Positions 9,323 to 17,663 are shown, numbered from the stretch's first letter. The stretch is 23,181 bases of DNA from Polyangiaceae bacterium (GCA_044222475.1 JBGANF010000123.1:1-23181); one strand, 5' to 3'. Translations and numbers: made by a program. Notes: generated by a model from the letters alone, not told the origin.

Positions 9323-10129
9323 ATGCGACGCCTTGCGCTCCTCGCGATCGTCGGAGTCGTCGGAGCGTGCACCTTCGTCACGACGCTCGATGGTCTGCGC
9401 GGTGGTGCGTCGGATGCAGGCGCGCCCGATGGCGCCTCGATCGACGGCTCCGCAGACGCCCCGTCGCCGTGCGATCCGGGGCCCACGGCGGATCTCGTGG
9501 GCTACTACCGGTTTGACGAGGGGAGTGGGACCGTCGCCCGCGACTGCTCCGGCAAAGGGCACGACGGGACCGTGCTTCGCGTCGGACCTTCGACGTGGGG
9601 AGCGGGCGTGAAGGGTGGGGGGCTTCGCGTCGTCGCACCGGACGGGGGCGGCGAGCTGCCCGCGTCGGCGGACTTCGAGATGAAATCGGGGCTGACGGCC
9701 ATGGCGTGGGTCTACGTGAACGCGTACCCGCCGACGCCGACCCTGCTGGCGATCGTGGGAAAGTCGGTCGACCTCGCGGTCGCGGGTTGGCGCGTCTACT
9801 CCGCGGTGGTGGAGGAGCTCGGGACCGCGGTCGCGCGCCCAGGCGACGCCGGGCTTCTGTACGCGTCCATCGAGCCTGTCGCGAGCAAGACGTGGCACCA
9901 CGTCGCGGCCCGCTACGAGCCGGGCAAGAGCGAGATCTTCTACGTCGATGGGGTCGAGGTCTCGAACCGAACGTGGACCACCGCGCTGCTCGAGGACAAG
10001 CCGGCCCACGTTCGCATCGGCTGTCGCGGCGACAACGCCGGGTTCTTCGACGGCACGATCGACGAGGTGCGCATCTACGCGCGCGCGCTCACGCCGACGG
10101 AGATCGCGATCCTGTCCGCGAAGCCGTGA
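9323..10129 (+). CDS. LamG/concanavalin-A-like lipoprotein, copy 2 (intact)
   Basis: Lipobox VVGAC; LVGYYRFDEGSG, WHHVAA, FYVDG, FDGTIDEVRIYARAL. Start could be GTG 9320 or ATG 9323; stop abuts the fabD stop (TGATCA). Confidence 0.9.
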   Translation: MRRLALLAIVGVVGACTFVTTLDGLRGGASDAGAPDGASIDGSADAPSPCDPGPTADLVGYYRFDEGSGTVARDCSGKGHDGTVLRVGPSTWGAGVKGGGLRVVAPDGGGELPASADFEMKSGLTAMAWVYVNAYPPTPTLLAIVGKSVDLAVAGWRVYSAVVEELGTAVARPGDAGLLYASIEPVASKTWHHVAARYEPGKSEIFYVDGVEVSNRTWTTALLEDKPAHVRIGCRGDNAGFFDGTIDEVRIYARALTPTEIAILSAKP

Positions 10130-11074
10130 TCACAGACCGAGGAACTTCGGCACTTCGGCGATCGACGCGAGGTCCCCGACGCTGAGCACCGGGATCTCCT
10201 TCGCGATGCGCTTCACGAGACCGGCGAGCACCTTTCCGGGGCCGATCTCGAGCGCGTGGGTCACGCCGGCCTCCTTCATGAAGCGCACCGACTCTTCCCA
10301 ACGCACCGGCCCGTCGACCTGACGCACGAGGAGCTCCTTCACGCGCTCGCGCGACGCGTTGGGCTTCGCGTCGACGTTGGCGACGACCGGAAACGCGAGC
10401 GCGCTCAGCGACACGCGATCGAGCTCAGTCGCGACGACCTTCGCTGCCGGCGCCATGAGCGCGCAGTGGAAGGGCGCGCTCACCTTGAGCGGGATCGCCT
10501 TGCCCTTCTCGTTCGAGACGAGCTCGGCGGCCTTCGCGACCGCGGCCGCGTGACCGGCGATCACGATCTGGCCGGGCGCGTTGAAGTTGGCGCAGCTGAC
10601 GACCTGGCCCGTGGCGTCTGCGGCCTGCGCGCAGAGCGCTTCGACCTTGGTCGGCTCGAGACCCATCACCGCGCTCATCGCGCCGGCGCCCGGGGCGACG
10701 GCGTCTTGCATCGCGTTGCCGCGCGCGCGCACGAGGCGAACTGCGTCGGCGAGGGCGAGCGCGCCGCTGGCGACGAGCGCCGAGTACTCACCGAGGGAGT
10801 GACCGGCGGCGAACGCGGGCGCGGGGAGCGACGGGTGCGCTTCGCGGAGCGCGGCGAGCAGCGCCGACGACACGGTGACGATCGCGGGCTGCGCGTTGGC
10901 CGTGAGCGTGAGCTCCGCTTCGGGGCCTTCGAGGATGAGCTTCCCGAGATCGGAGCCGAGCGCTGCGTTCGCCTCGTCGACGACGCGCTTCGCCGCCGCC
11001 GACGAGGCGAAGACGTCCTTCGCCATGCCGACGGATTGAGAGCCCTGACCGGGGAAGAGCCAAGCGATGGTCAC
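10130..11074 (-). CDS. fabD: Malonyl-CoA:ACP transacylase
   Basis: FPGQGSQ, GHSLGEY, ANFNAPGQIV, VSAPFHC, EIGPGKVL. Confidence 0.97.
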   Translation of the reverse strand: MTIAWLFPGQGSQSVGMAKDVFASSAAAKRVVDEANAALGSDLGKLILEGPEAELTLTANAQPAIVTVSSALLAALREAHPSLPAPAFAAGHSLGEYSALVASGALALADAVRLVRARGNAMQDAVAPGAGAMSAVMGLEPTKVEALCAQAADATGQVVSCANFNAPGQIVIAGHAAAVAKAAELVSNEKGKAIPLKVSAPFHCALMAPAAKVVATELDRVSLSALAFPVVANVDAKPNASRERVKELLVRQVDGPVRWEESVRFMKEAGVTHALEIGPGKVLAGLVKRIAKEIPVLSVGDLASIAEVPKFLGL

Positions 11075-11098
11075 GTGCTCACCTGGCGTGTCGCGAGC

Positions 11099-11698
11099 TC
11101 ACTGGCAGACGTTGCCGGACTGGTACGTGCACTGCAGGGCGTTGGGATCGCAGCAAGCGATGGCCCCGCTGATTGGGGCGCAGGTGCTCTGGCAATCGCT
11201 GTCGATGTCGCACGGGTTGCCGATGCAGGAGGCCGCGTCCACCTTGCTGGCGTCGACCTTGGCGTCGGTCGAGACGTCCTTCGCGGCATCCTTGATGCCG
11301 CTGTCGACGGTGATGCCGCCGTCGTCGCCACCCGTGTCGGGGACGCAGGCCACGCAGCTCTGGCCGACGCAGAGCTGTTGGTTCTTGAACGTGCCGCTGA
11401 TCGTCTGACCGTCGACCTTGATCGTGAACGAGCCGCTGCACGGATCGACTTGGCACTGTCCATTCGGGGCCGCGACCGAGAACGTGATGCTGCCGCACTT
11501 CCACCGGCCCGTCGGGCAGGTACATCCACCGATGGGGTCAGTGCTGTTCGGCGGGCGTTCGCCCGCGACCGGGTTGTCCCAGCTCGTGGGAGGGCGATCG
11601 CCGTTCATGTCGAGGCTCGGTGTCGAGCCGATCCCCCCGCAGGCGTAGATGACGGTGATCCCGAGCCCAGTGACGGCGGCAACGGTTAGGCGGCGCAT
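11099..11698 (-). CDS. Cys-rich lipoprotein of unknown function
   Basis: Signal peptide with lipobox-like IYAC; two Cys-rich modules joined by an Asp/Gly/Ala linker; ATG overlaps the upstream TAA (TAATG). Confidence 0.8.
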   Translation of the reverse strand: MRRLTVAAVTGLGITVIYACGGIGSTPSLDMNGDRPPTSWDNPVAGERPPNSTDPIGGCTCPTGRWKCGSITFSVAAPNGQCQVDPCSGSFTIKVDGQTISGTFKNQQLCVGQSCVACVPDTGGDDGGITVDSGIKDAAKDVSTDAKVDASKVDAASCIGNPCDIDSDCQSTCAPISGAIACCDPNALQCTYQSGNVCQ

Positions 11699-12537
11699 TA
11701 GAAATAGTATAGCGCGGATATGTTGCCGAGGAAGATCTGCCAGGGCATGTCCTGGACGGTCGTGGAGAGGCCGAACTGCGTGGCCGAGCCCGAGGCGCTG
11801 CCGTCTGCGACGGCCGCCTTCGCGCCGATGTAGCGCAGGTTGAGGCCGATGCTCGCCTGGAGCGCGAGCTCCGGGATGCCGATGAAGCCGAATTGGATCT
11901 CGCTCCCGATGCGGGCGCCCACGTCGAGGCGGATGCCGGTGAGGCCGGTGTCCGGGCCGCCGCCGGGTGCGGGGTTCTTCAGCGTCGCGGTCGCGAAGCC
12001 GAAGTTGAGCTCGGGGATGAGCTCGAAGGTGTAGTGCTTGCCCGAGGCGAACGCGATGGGAACGCCGCCGTGGATGGCGAAGCCGATTCGCGTCGGGGCG
12101 TCGACGCTCGTGCTGGTTCCCCCGGTGGCAACCGTCTGCGAGGCGCTCGAGACGCCGAAGCCAATGCCCGCATCGATGCCGATGGTCTTGTTGACCCAGA
12201 AGCGCATCCCGATGACGGGGGCGGCGACGTTGTCGATGCCGGGGTTGTTGATGTTGCCGTTCGAGATCGGGACCTGCGTGAGGCCGAGGTAGCCCACCGC
12301 GAGGTGACCTGCGACCCGGTCGTGATCGGAGGCGTTCGGGTCGACCGCAGCGTCGTCGGTCGGAGCGGGAGCGGCCTTCGCCTTCTTCTTGGGGCGGTGC
12401 GTCTCACCGTCGCCGTCGCCGTCACCACCGCCGCCTTCGCCGTCGGGGTCCTTCGGCTTCACATCGCCGTCCTGCGCGTACGCATGGAGAGAGAACGTAA
12501 CGAGTGGAATCGCCAACAGAAGGGTGCGGAGCTTCAT
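11698..12537 (-). CDS. Putative small outer-membrane beta-barrel protein
   Basis: Sec signal ending AYA; disordered N-terminus; alternating amphipathic strands (IGMRFWV, IGIDAGIGFG, IRLDVGARIGSEIQF); terminal ALYYF fits a beta-signal. Confidence 0.75.
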   Translation of the reverse strand: MKLRTLLLAIPLVTFSLHAYAQDGDVKPKDPDGEGGGGDGDGDGETHRPKKKAKAAPAPTDDAAVDPNASDHDRVAGHLAVGYLGLTQVPISNGNINNPGIDNVAAPVIGMRFWVNKTIGIDAGIGFGVSSASQTVATGGTSTSVDAPTRIGFAIHGGVPIAFASGKHYTFELIPELNFGFATATLKNPAPGGGPDTGLTGIRLDVGARIGSEIQFGFIGIPELALQASIGLNLRYIGAKAAVADGSASGSATQFGLSTTVQDMPWQIFLGNISALYYF

Positions 12538-12586
12538 GGGGGTGGTACTAGCCCGATCCAGCCCGAATGGGAAGTACGATGTGCGC

Positions 12587-13582
12587 TCACATGCGCATCA
12601 GCGCCGCGCCCCAGCTGACCCCTGCGCCGAGGCCGCACGTGAGGACCATGTCGCCCTCTTTGATCACGCCGCCGCGGATGCTCTCGTCGAGCAGGATCGG
12701 GATCGACGCGCTCGACGTGTTGCCGACGCGTTCGATGTTGGAGAGGACCTTCTCCTTGGGGTACTTCGCGCGCGCGGTGACCTGATCGATGATCCGCAGG
12801 TTCGCCTGGTGAGGCACGACCCAGTCGACCTCTTCGTTCTTCAAGCCGACGCTGTCGACGACGCCCTGACTTGCAGAATACAAGTTCTTCACGGCGGCCT
12901 TGAAGATGTCCTGGCCCTTCATCTGAATGGTGTTCAGGTTCTCGGCCAAGATGCGCGGCGTGCCTTGCGGCGTCTCGGTGCCGCCGCCGGGGATCATGAG
13001 GGAGCGCGCGAGCGAGCCGTCGGTGAACATCGACGTGGCGAGGATGCCTCGGCCGTCGCCGCGGGCGGGGCCGACGACGGCTGCGCCGGCGCCGTCGCCG
13101 AAGAGGACGCACGTGGTGCGGTCCTTCCAGTTGACGACGCGGGAGAGCATCTCGACGCCGATGACGAGCACGTGCTTGGCCGCGCCGGACGCGACGAACT
13201 TGTCGGCGATGCTGATCGCGTAGACGAAGCCGGCGCATGCGGCGGCGATGTCGAACGACGGGCACGTGGGGTTCGCGCCGATCTTCTGCTGCACGTACGC
13301 GGCGGTGGCGGGCATGGGCATGTCGGGCGTGATCGTCCCGACGATGATCATGTCGATGTCCTTGGGGGCGACGTCGGCGCGCAGGAGCGCGGACTTTGCC
13401 GCCTCGGCGGCCATGTCGCTGGTGACCATGCCCTCGGGCGCGATGTGGCGCGTGCCGATCCCGGTCCGCTCGCGGATCCAGGCGTCGGACGTTTCGACAC
13501 CCATCTTCTCGATGTCGTAGTTGGTCCGGACGATCGGCGGGAGGAAGTGGCCCGTCCCGAGGATCCGGCTACGTGGGATCAC
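12587..13582 (-). CDS. fabH: 3-oxoacyl-ACP synthase III
   Basis: WIRERTGI, DIAAACAGF, LFGDGAGA, PHQAN, GNTSSAS. Confidence 0.97.
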   Translation of the reverse strand: MIPRSRILGTGHFLPPIVRTNYDIEKMGVETSDAWIRERTGIGTRHIAPEGMVTSDMAAEAAKSALLRADVAPKDIDMIIVGTITPDMPMPATAAYVQQKIGANPTCPSFDIAAACAGFVYAISIADKFVASGAAKHVLVIGVEMLSRVVNWKDRTTCVLFGDGAGAAVVGPARGDGRGILATSMFTDGSLARSLMIPGGGTETPQGTPRILAENLNTIQMKGQDIFKAAVKNLYSASQGVVDSVGLKNEEVDWVVPHQANLRIIDQVTARAKYPKEKVLSNIERVGNTSSASIPILLDESIRGGVIKEGDMVLTCGLGAGVSWGAALMRM

Positions 13583-13597
13583 CGAGGTAGGCAGGGG

Positions 13598-13786
13598 CTA
13601 TTCCTTCGCGCCGGTCGCGCGAACTTTCTTGCCCTTGTAGAAGCCGCACGACGGGCACGCGCGGTGGGGAACCGACGGCTCGCCGCAGTTCGTGCACGCG
13701 ATGAGCTGCGGAGCAGTCACCTTGTCATGGTTGGCGCGGCGCATGTTGCGCTTGGATCGGCTCGTACGTCGTTTGGGGACCGCCAC
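13598..13786 (-). CDS. rpmF: 50S ribosomal protein L32 (Zn-binding form)
   Basis: [37 protein letters not shown] Shine-Dalgarno. Confidence 0.98.
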   Translation of the reverse strand: MAVPKRRTSRSKRNMRRANHDKVTAPQLIACTNCGEPSVPHRACPSCGFYKGKKVRATGAKE

Positions 13787-13790
13787 GGAA

Positions 13791-14345
13791 CTACTCCTTC
13801 GTCATCTTCTTCAGCCTGAGGAGCGGAGCGAGACGCGGATCGACCGCTTTCTCTTCCGCCGGCTGCTCGGGAGTGGGGTGAATACCCGGGCAGTCCTCGG
13901 AGCACAAGGGGATCATGGGGATTTCGAGCAGGATCTCGTCGCGGACGAGATCGTCGAGGACGACCGTCTCGCCGGTGTAGGGCAAAACGTCGGGGTCGTC
14001 GCCGAGGGTCTTCTCCCGGTCGTCGTCGGCTTTGCCCTTGCCGCCGTCACGGAGGCGGGCGGCGGGGACCATCATGACACTGATCGGATGGTCCACCGCG
14101 ATGGTGGCGGGCTTCAGGCATCGGGCGCAAGGCACGACGACGCTGGCCGCGAGCTTTCCATGAACGATTACGTCGTGTCCGCTCTTGGAGACACGGACGG
14201 CGAGCGCGCCTTCGCGGTCTGCGGCTTGGGCGTCGGTCTCTTCGAGGGCGCCGCGGAGCCACGCGACTCGGATGGGGAAGTCGAAGGCCTTCCCGCCGGC
14301 GTCGAGCTCGGAGATGGGAATCGTGAATTCGGCGGCGGTGGTCAT
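13791..14345 (-). CDS. yceD: YceD/DUF177 family protein
   Basis: [36 protein letters not shown]; canonical position upstream of rpmF; ATG at 14345 chosen as start. Confidence 0.92.
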   Translation of the reverse strand: MTTAAEFTIPISELDAGGKAFDFPIRVAWLRGALEETDAQAADREGALAVRVSKSGHDVIVHGKLAASVVVPCARCLKPATIAVDHPISVMMVPAARLRDGGKGKADDDREKTLGDDPDVLPYTGETVVLDDLVRDEILLEIPMIPLCSEDCPGIHPTPEQPAEEKAVDPRLAPLLRLKKMTKE

Positions 14346-14404
14346 CGCGGGGGGGCCGGAAAGGAAGCACACTGGACGACGTGGTGCAACGTCGACCGCG
14401 ACGC

Positions 14405-14447
14405 CGCTAGCCGGCTGCCGATGAAGCGGGAGCCGGCTAACGATTCC
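14405..14447 (+). repeat. Motif A copy 2 (14430-14447), paired with an inverted partial copy to form a hairpin
   Basis: TAGCCGGCT (14408-14416) ... AGCCGGCTA (14431-14439); copy 2 reads GAGCCGGCTAACGATTCC. Confidence 0.8.
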
Positions 14448-14476
14448 TAGGGGACCGGCGTTGGCACCGGAAACGC

Positions 14477-14501
14477 GAGCCGGCTAACAATTCCGCGCGA
14501 G
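14477..14501 (+). repeat. Motif A copy 3 / left direct repeat
   Basis: GAGCCGGCTAACAATTCCGCGCGAG; 14479-14501 is identical to 14925-14947. Confidence 0.9.
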
Positions 14502-14550
14502 CATGCCTCACCCCGCGCTCGCCGTCGTACGTGGCGGTATGCTTTGGGCC

Positions 14551-14835
14551 GTGAAGTTCGTCGCTCCCAGCGTTGACCTTCGGGAGCATCGACCGGAGCG
14601 CTCGGCAACGAACGTGCTGACGAAGCAGCTCTGCGAGCAACACGTGGTCGTCCCGGTCAGCGTGGTGACCCTGTCGGAGCCAGGCGTTCTCGTCGTCGCG
14701 ATGGTCGATCCCGAGAACCAGACCGCGGTGGTTGCGGAGCTCGAGCTCTTCACCGGCATGAAGGTGGAGGCCGTTCGAGCGAGCGAGGAGCAGATCAAGG
14801 CAACCATCCGCGCGTGCTACGGCACGGAGAACTAG
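14551..14835 (+). CDS. Stand-alone GspE/PilB N-terminal (T2SSE_N, MshEN C-subdomain) protein
   Basis: VDL..CEQHVVVPV..LVVAMVDPEN..LELFTGMKVEAVRASEEQIKATIRACY matches the T2SSE_N pattern; no RLGxxL motif. Start is uncertain (14503, 14539 or 14551); TATGCT lies 7 nt before GTG 14551. Confidence 0.75.
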   Translation: MKFVAPSVDLREHRPERSATNVLTKQLCEQHVVVPVSVVTLSEPGVLVVAMVDPENQTAVVAELELFTGMKVEAVRASEEQIKATIRACYGTEN

Positions 14836-14924
14836 GCAGGAAGCGGCGGGCACCCGTGCAATCGAGAGGGAGAGAACGGCGGACCGGCGGTGCAACCTGA
14901 CCGCACCCGCCGCGCGAATGGGCT

Positions 14925-14947
14925 GCCGGCTAACAATTCCGCGCGAG
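14925..14947 (+). repeat. Motif A copy 4 / right direct repeat; supplies the DUF559 stop codon
   Basis: GCCGGCTAACAATTCCGCGCGAG; CTA at 14930-14932 is the minus-strand TAG. Confidence 0.9.
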
Positions 14948-15264
14948 GTGGTGCAGCATGGTGGCGAGCGGGAGGGTGGCGTCGAGGCGGAGGATGCGCA
15001 CGGCGTAGAGGCGGACGAGCTGCGCGTCGCGGGCAGCGTCTTCGGCGACGCGGGCGGCGTGGTAGCCGCCATCGACTTCGACGACCAGCTTCAGTGAAGC
15101 GGCGTAGAAATCGACGATGAACGGCGAAAGAACATGCTCGCGACGGAACTTGATGCCGCGAAAGCGGCGATCGCGGAGCGCCTCCCAGAGCATTGCCTCG
15201 GAAGCCGTGGGCGCTTTGCGATGCTGCCGAGCGAATTCCGTGAGAGTGAACAGCGGAGGGGCAT
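14930..15264 (-). CDS. DUF559 (Vsr-like) endonuclease domain protein; 5' end probably frameshifted
   Basis: ARQHRKAPTASEAMLWEALRDRRFRGIKFRREH..FIVDFY..LVVEVDGGYH..DAARDAQL. The ATG at 15264 behind GGGGAGGT is out of frame by 1 nt; an in-frame GTG exists at 15298. Confidence 0.8.
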
Positions 15265-15346
15265 GACCTCCCCGCTCGCCCCGAAGCGATCGCTCCACGC
15301 CAATGCCGCGACGTACGGAATGGGTCAGCACCAACCGTCGCGGCGA

Positions 15347-15520
15347 AAGGTTGACAAGGTTGACACCGTCCCCTGGCTCGCGAGGGAACCACTCTCCCCA
15401 CGCGGCGCGTAGCGCCGCGTAAGGGGAGAGTCCGGCACGCGCAGGCTGCGCGCGCAGCCTTTCGCTGCGCAACCGTCGTACCAGGTTGGTATTTGCTGCC
15501 GTCGGTGCGCAGCGAAAGGC
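15347..15520. other. Structured non-coding region: tandem 9-mer plus three inverted repeats
   Basis: (AAGGTTGAC)x2 at 15347-15364; hairpin at 15391-15431; perfect 18-bp palindrome at 15443-15460; 15-bp perfect stem 15457-15471/15506-15520 enclosing palindrome B (15478-15492). Confidence 0.8.
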
Positions 15521-15578
15521 GAGCACGCGCCGAGCATGCCGGGTGAGGGGCATCCCCCGCGCCAGCATCAAAGCGACT

Positions 15579-17663
15579 TCACAACGTCTTCAAATACGCC
15601 ACCAACGCCGCGCGGTCTTCCGGCGACAGATTCTTGGTCGTCCCCATCTTCCCATCGGTCTTGTCGAGGAGCTCCTCGAGCGTCGCGTAGCTCCCGTCGT
15701 GGAAATAGGGGGCCGACCCCGAGATCCCCGTGAGCGACGGGACGAGGAACCGCTGCGTGCTGTCGGTGAACGTCGCCGACTTCACGTCGTGAACGTCGTG
15801 GTCCGAGAACCCCGATTTCTCCGCATGACAGCTGCTGCATCCCGTGTCGGAGGACGCGAAGACGTCCTTGCCTCGCGCCTCCTCCGCGGTGAGCGCGCGC
15901 CACTTCTCCGGCGGACCCTTCATGACGGTCATGTACGACGCGAGCGCGTCGAGGTCCGCCTTCGAGAGCCCGGAGCCGGCGAAGTTCGAGATTGTCTGCT
16001 TCATGTGATCCTGGATCGTCGAGTCCTTGCCGACCCAGCCGAACGGCGCCGGGCGCGAGAGCCGACCCGCGAGCTGGATCGTCTGGCGCGGTCCGGTCGG
16101 CGTCGACCACACGAGCCCGTCTTCGCGGCCCTCCATGTGGCACGACGAGCACGACCGGCCATCGACCGCGATCCGTGGATCGCCTGCGGTGTGGAACAGC
16201 TTGCGTCCGAGCACCTGCTGCTCCGTGAGGTTCGTCGTTCCTTCGAGGTGGATGTCCTCGCGGATGGGCGACTTGAGCGTCTTCGCGCCGGTCTTGGCGT
16301 CTTTCGTCGGCTCCGCAGGGGAGAACGAGCTCAGCGTGCGGTCGAAGCCCGAGAGCACCCACACCTTCGAGGTCTCCGGATCGATCGCGATGCCGCTCGG
16401 CGTCGGCACGTCGACGCGGTACGCCGGGTTCGCTGCCACGGTGCCACCGCTGATCGGGTACGCGTGCACCGAGTCGCTTCCGAGGCACGCGGTGTAGACG
16501 AACGCCTGCTTCGCATCGACTGCCGCCGCGCGCGGGAGGTGACACGCGAGCTTGTTGGTCCACGCCGGACCGGCGACGAGCTGCGCGCGCTTGCCGCTCG
16601 AACCATCGAGGATCGAGAACCCGAACTGGTTCGTCGGCGGCGCTTCGAAGTCGGAGCCGCCGTAGTAGACGATGGTGCCCTCGCGAGGATCGCCGGGGAT
16701 GACCTCGGCGTGGGGCTCGAGGATGCGCTCGCCGAGGCTCTTCCCTTTCGCGTCGTGGGCCTCGAAGCGGGCGAGGGCGAAGCCTTGCCGCGCGAAGCGC
16801 TTCGGGTTTCCGAAGTCGTTCTGGAAGCTGAAGCCGCAGTCGAAGCAGTCGTCGAACGCGTCGCCGGTGGACACGGCGGCGGTCACCGGGATCAGCGCGT
16901 CGAAGATGACCTCGGGGCGGCGGCGGATGCCCGCCGCCGGCTTCGGGATCGCGACCGGCACGATCGCGGCGACGCCGAGGTCGGCGATCTTCTTCGTCTT
17001 GGCCGCGAGGTCCACGGTCTCGGTCACGCCCGCAGCCCCGTGAGCGACGAACGCCCGTGTACCATCTTGGGACACGAGGACGGCGCGCGGCTCGCGGTCG
17101 ACGTCGACCGACAGCGTCTTCTCTTTGGTGGCGAGTCGGTACCCTTCGAGGGTGTGCGACCAACCGCACGCGACGTAGACCGAGCGGTCGTCGGGCGACA
17201 GCGCGAGGCCGACGGGCTCCGTCGACGTCGGGATCCGATCGAGGCTCTTGAGCGCGCCGTTCTCGTGGGCCTCGGCGACGAGCACCGCCCCGTCGTCGCG
17301 GAGGGCGACGAGGAGCTTGCCCTCCTTCGTGACGAGCATCTGGCCGGGGCGACCGGGGATCGCCAGCACGCCGACCTCCTTCTTCTCCGCGAGGTCGACG
17401 ACCCGGATCGCGCTTCCGTCCTCGTCGGCGACGATGGCGACCTTCTTGGCGCCCAACCGGGCGAGGACGACGCTCGAGCCTTCACGGGTCTCGGCGAGGC
17501 GGTCGAGGGGGAGCGGCGGCGAGGCCGGGACGGCGGGGACGACCGGGGCCGCGACCGTCGCGCTGGCGACGGGGGCCGGGGGCGGAGCGTCCTTCTTGCA
17601 GGCCGCGAGAGCGGCGAGGCTGACCGGGAGGAGGGCGAGGACGGTGAGACGACGGCGGGTCAT
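15579..17663 (-). CDS. Lipoprotein with YVTN/YncE-type beta-propeller and C-terminal di-haem cytochrome c (bCcP/MauG-like) domain, paralogue A
   Basis: Lipobox LAAC; propeller repeats (EPVGLALSPDDRSVYVAC, PSGIAIDP); CSSCH twice; VPSLTG..APYFHDGS. Confidence 0.88.
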   Translation of the reverse strand: MTRRRLTVLALLPVSLAALAACKKDAPPPAPVASATVAAPVVPAVPASPPLPLDRLAETREGSSVVLARLGAKKVAIVADEDGSAIRVVDLAEKKEVGVLAIPGRPGQMLVTKEGKLLVALRDDGAVLVAEAHENGALKSLDRIPTSTEPVGLALSPDDRSVYVACGWSHTLEGYRLATKEKTLSVDVDREPRAVLVSQDGTRAFVAHGAAGVTETVDLAAKTKKIADLGVAAIVPVAIPKPAAGIRRRPEVIFDALIPVTAAVSTGDAFDDCFDCGFSFQNDFGNPKRFARQGFALARFEAHDAKGKSLGERILEPHAEVIPGDPREGTIVYYGGSDFEAPPTNQFGFSILDGSSGKRAQLVAGPAWTNKLACHLPRAAAVDAKQAFVYTACLGSDSVHAYPISGGTVAANPAYRVDVPTPSGIAIDPETSKVWVLSGFDRTLSSFSPAEPTKDAKTGAKTLKSPIREDIHLEGTTNLTEQQVLGRKLFHTAGDPRIAVDGRSCSSCHMEGREDGLVWSTPTGPRQTIQLAGRLSRPAPFGWVGKDSTIQDHMKQTISNFAGSGLSKADLDALASYMTVMKGPPEKWRALTAEEARGKDVFASSDTGCSSCHAEKSGFSDHDVHDVKSATFTDSTQRFLVPSLTGISGSAPYFHDGSYATLEELLDKTDGKMGTTKNLSPEDRAALVAYLKTL
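17059..17073. repeat. Palindrome B inside CDS (GTACCATCTTGGGAC)
   Basis: Identical copy at 19211-19225; encoded by TCC CAA GAT GGT ACA. Confidence 0.6.

Noticed and set aside
5986..13582. Type II polyketide or other secondary-metabolite cluster
   Set aside because: Single canonical FabH, FabD, FabG, AcpP and FabF linked to rpmF and yceD, with no chain-length factor or tailoring enzymes; this is primary fatty-acid synthesis.
14461..14476. Sigma-54 promoter TTGGCACCGGAAACGC
   Set aside because: GG-N10-GC spacing fits, but the TT before GC is missing and a -10 box nearer the gene explains expression more simply.
14430..14947. Integron attC sites (CTAACAATTC resembles an attC inverse core; GTTAGCC resembles a core site)
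   Set aside because: No matching core site closes a 60-140-bp imperfect palindrome after each copy, the sites are not placed after cassette stop codons in the attC manner, and no integrase is present.
14405..14947. CRISPR array formed by motif A copies
   Set aside because: Irregular spacing (47 and 446 bp), a gene between copies and no cas genes.
15299..15571. N-terminal ~90 aa of the 213-aa DUF559 ORF
   Set aside because: Runs through palindromic, non-coding-looking sequence; the DUF559 domain starts near ARQHRK.
16834..16850. Third haem site in cytochrome paralogue A (CFDCG)
   Set aside because: Lacks the His of CxxCH and is absent from paralogue B.
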